From NCBI GenBank assembly GCA_024704765.1, contig JAKMXF010000343.1, positions 434,001 to 498,000 on the forward strand: a stretch of 64,000 nt of DNA, read 5' to 3'. The notes beneath the pieces were generated by a model, which worked only from the letters and a program-made list of their open reading frames with translations, was not told the DNA's origin and made no database searches. The DNA is from Oopsacas minuta (taxonomy: Eukaryota > Animalia > Porifera). Within the stretch, counting starts at the first letter, position 1; every line of letters starts with the position of its first letter. The position numbers were made by a program, and so were the translations under genes. Positions 63,855 through 64,000 of the stretch are shown here, in pieces.

Positions 63855-64000
63855 TACTAAATTCTTTTATTTATTGATCTCACTAAAATTATTTATTTTC
63901 TCAATTAGAAAATGTATTGACATTTTCCAATACATGATATTTATATAAAATACAAGTACTTGTAGTGAATATTTGTACATATACTTACCTTCGTCCAATA

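Overview
AT-rich eukaryotic (animal) genomic DNA with GT-AG introns; no prokaryotic features, CRISPR arrays or RNA genes were found. The repertoire (compact introns, many intronless coiled-coil+NHL genes, abundant short DNA-transposon MITEs) suggests a sponge, possibly a glass sponge; this is inference only. Left to right: an ankyrin-rich TRPA-like channel gene running off the left edge; decayed NHL-repeat genes; an intronless PhyH-type Fe/2OG dioxygenase resembling giant-virus/metagenome proteins; a complete 9-exon NUP210 (1914 aa) with two NHL pseudogenes nested antisense in its introns; one intact NHL gene; a 1.56-kb near-perfect palindrome built from a truncated Mutator (MULE) transposase; a B3GALT6-like GT31 gene; an orphan secreted protein bracketed by a 173-bp duplication of the neighbouring aldo-keto reductase 5' end; five intact galactose-3-O-sulfotransferase paralogs plus a relic; plastin/fimbrin; and a frameshifted ankyrin gene with an inverted, internally deleted copy. 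The strongest leads are the sulfotransferase array, whose constant blocks are nearly identical in DNA while interleaved blocks are highly variable, and the Mu killer-like MULE hairpin. All alignments and splice calls were made by eye.
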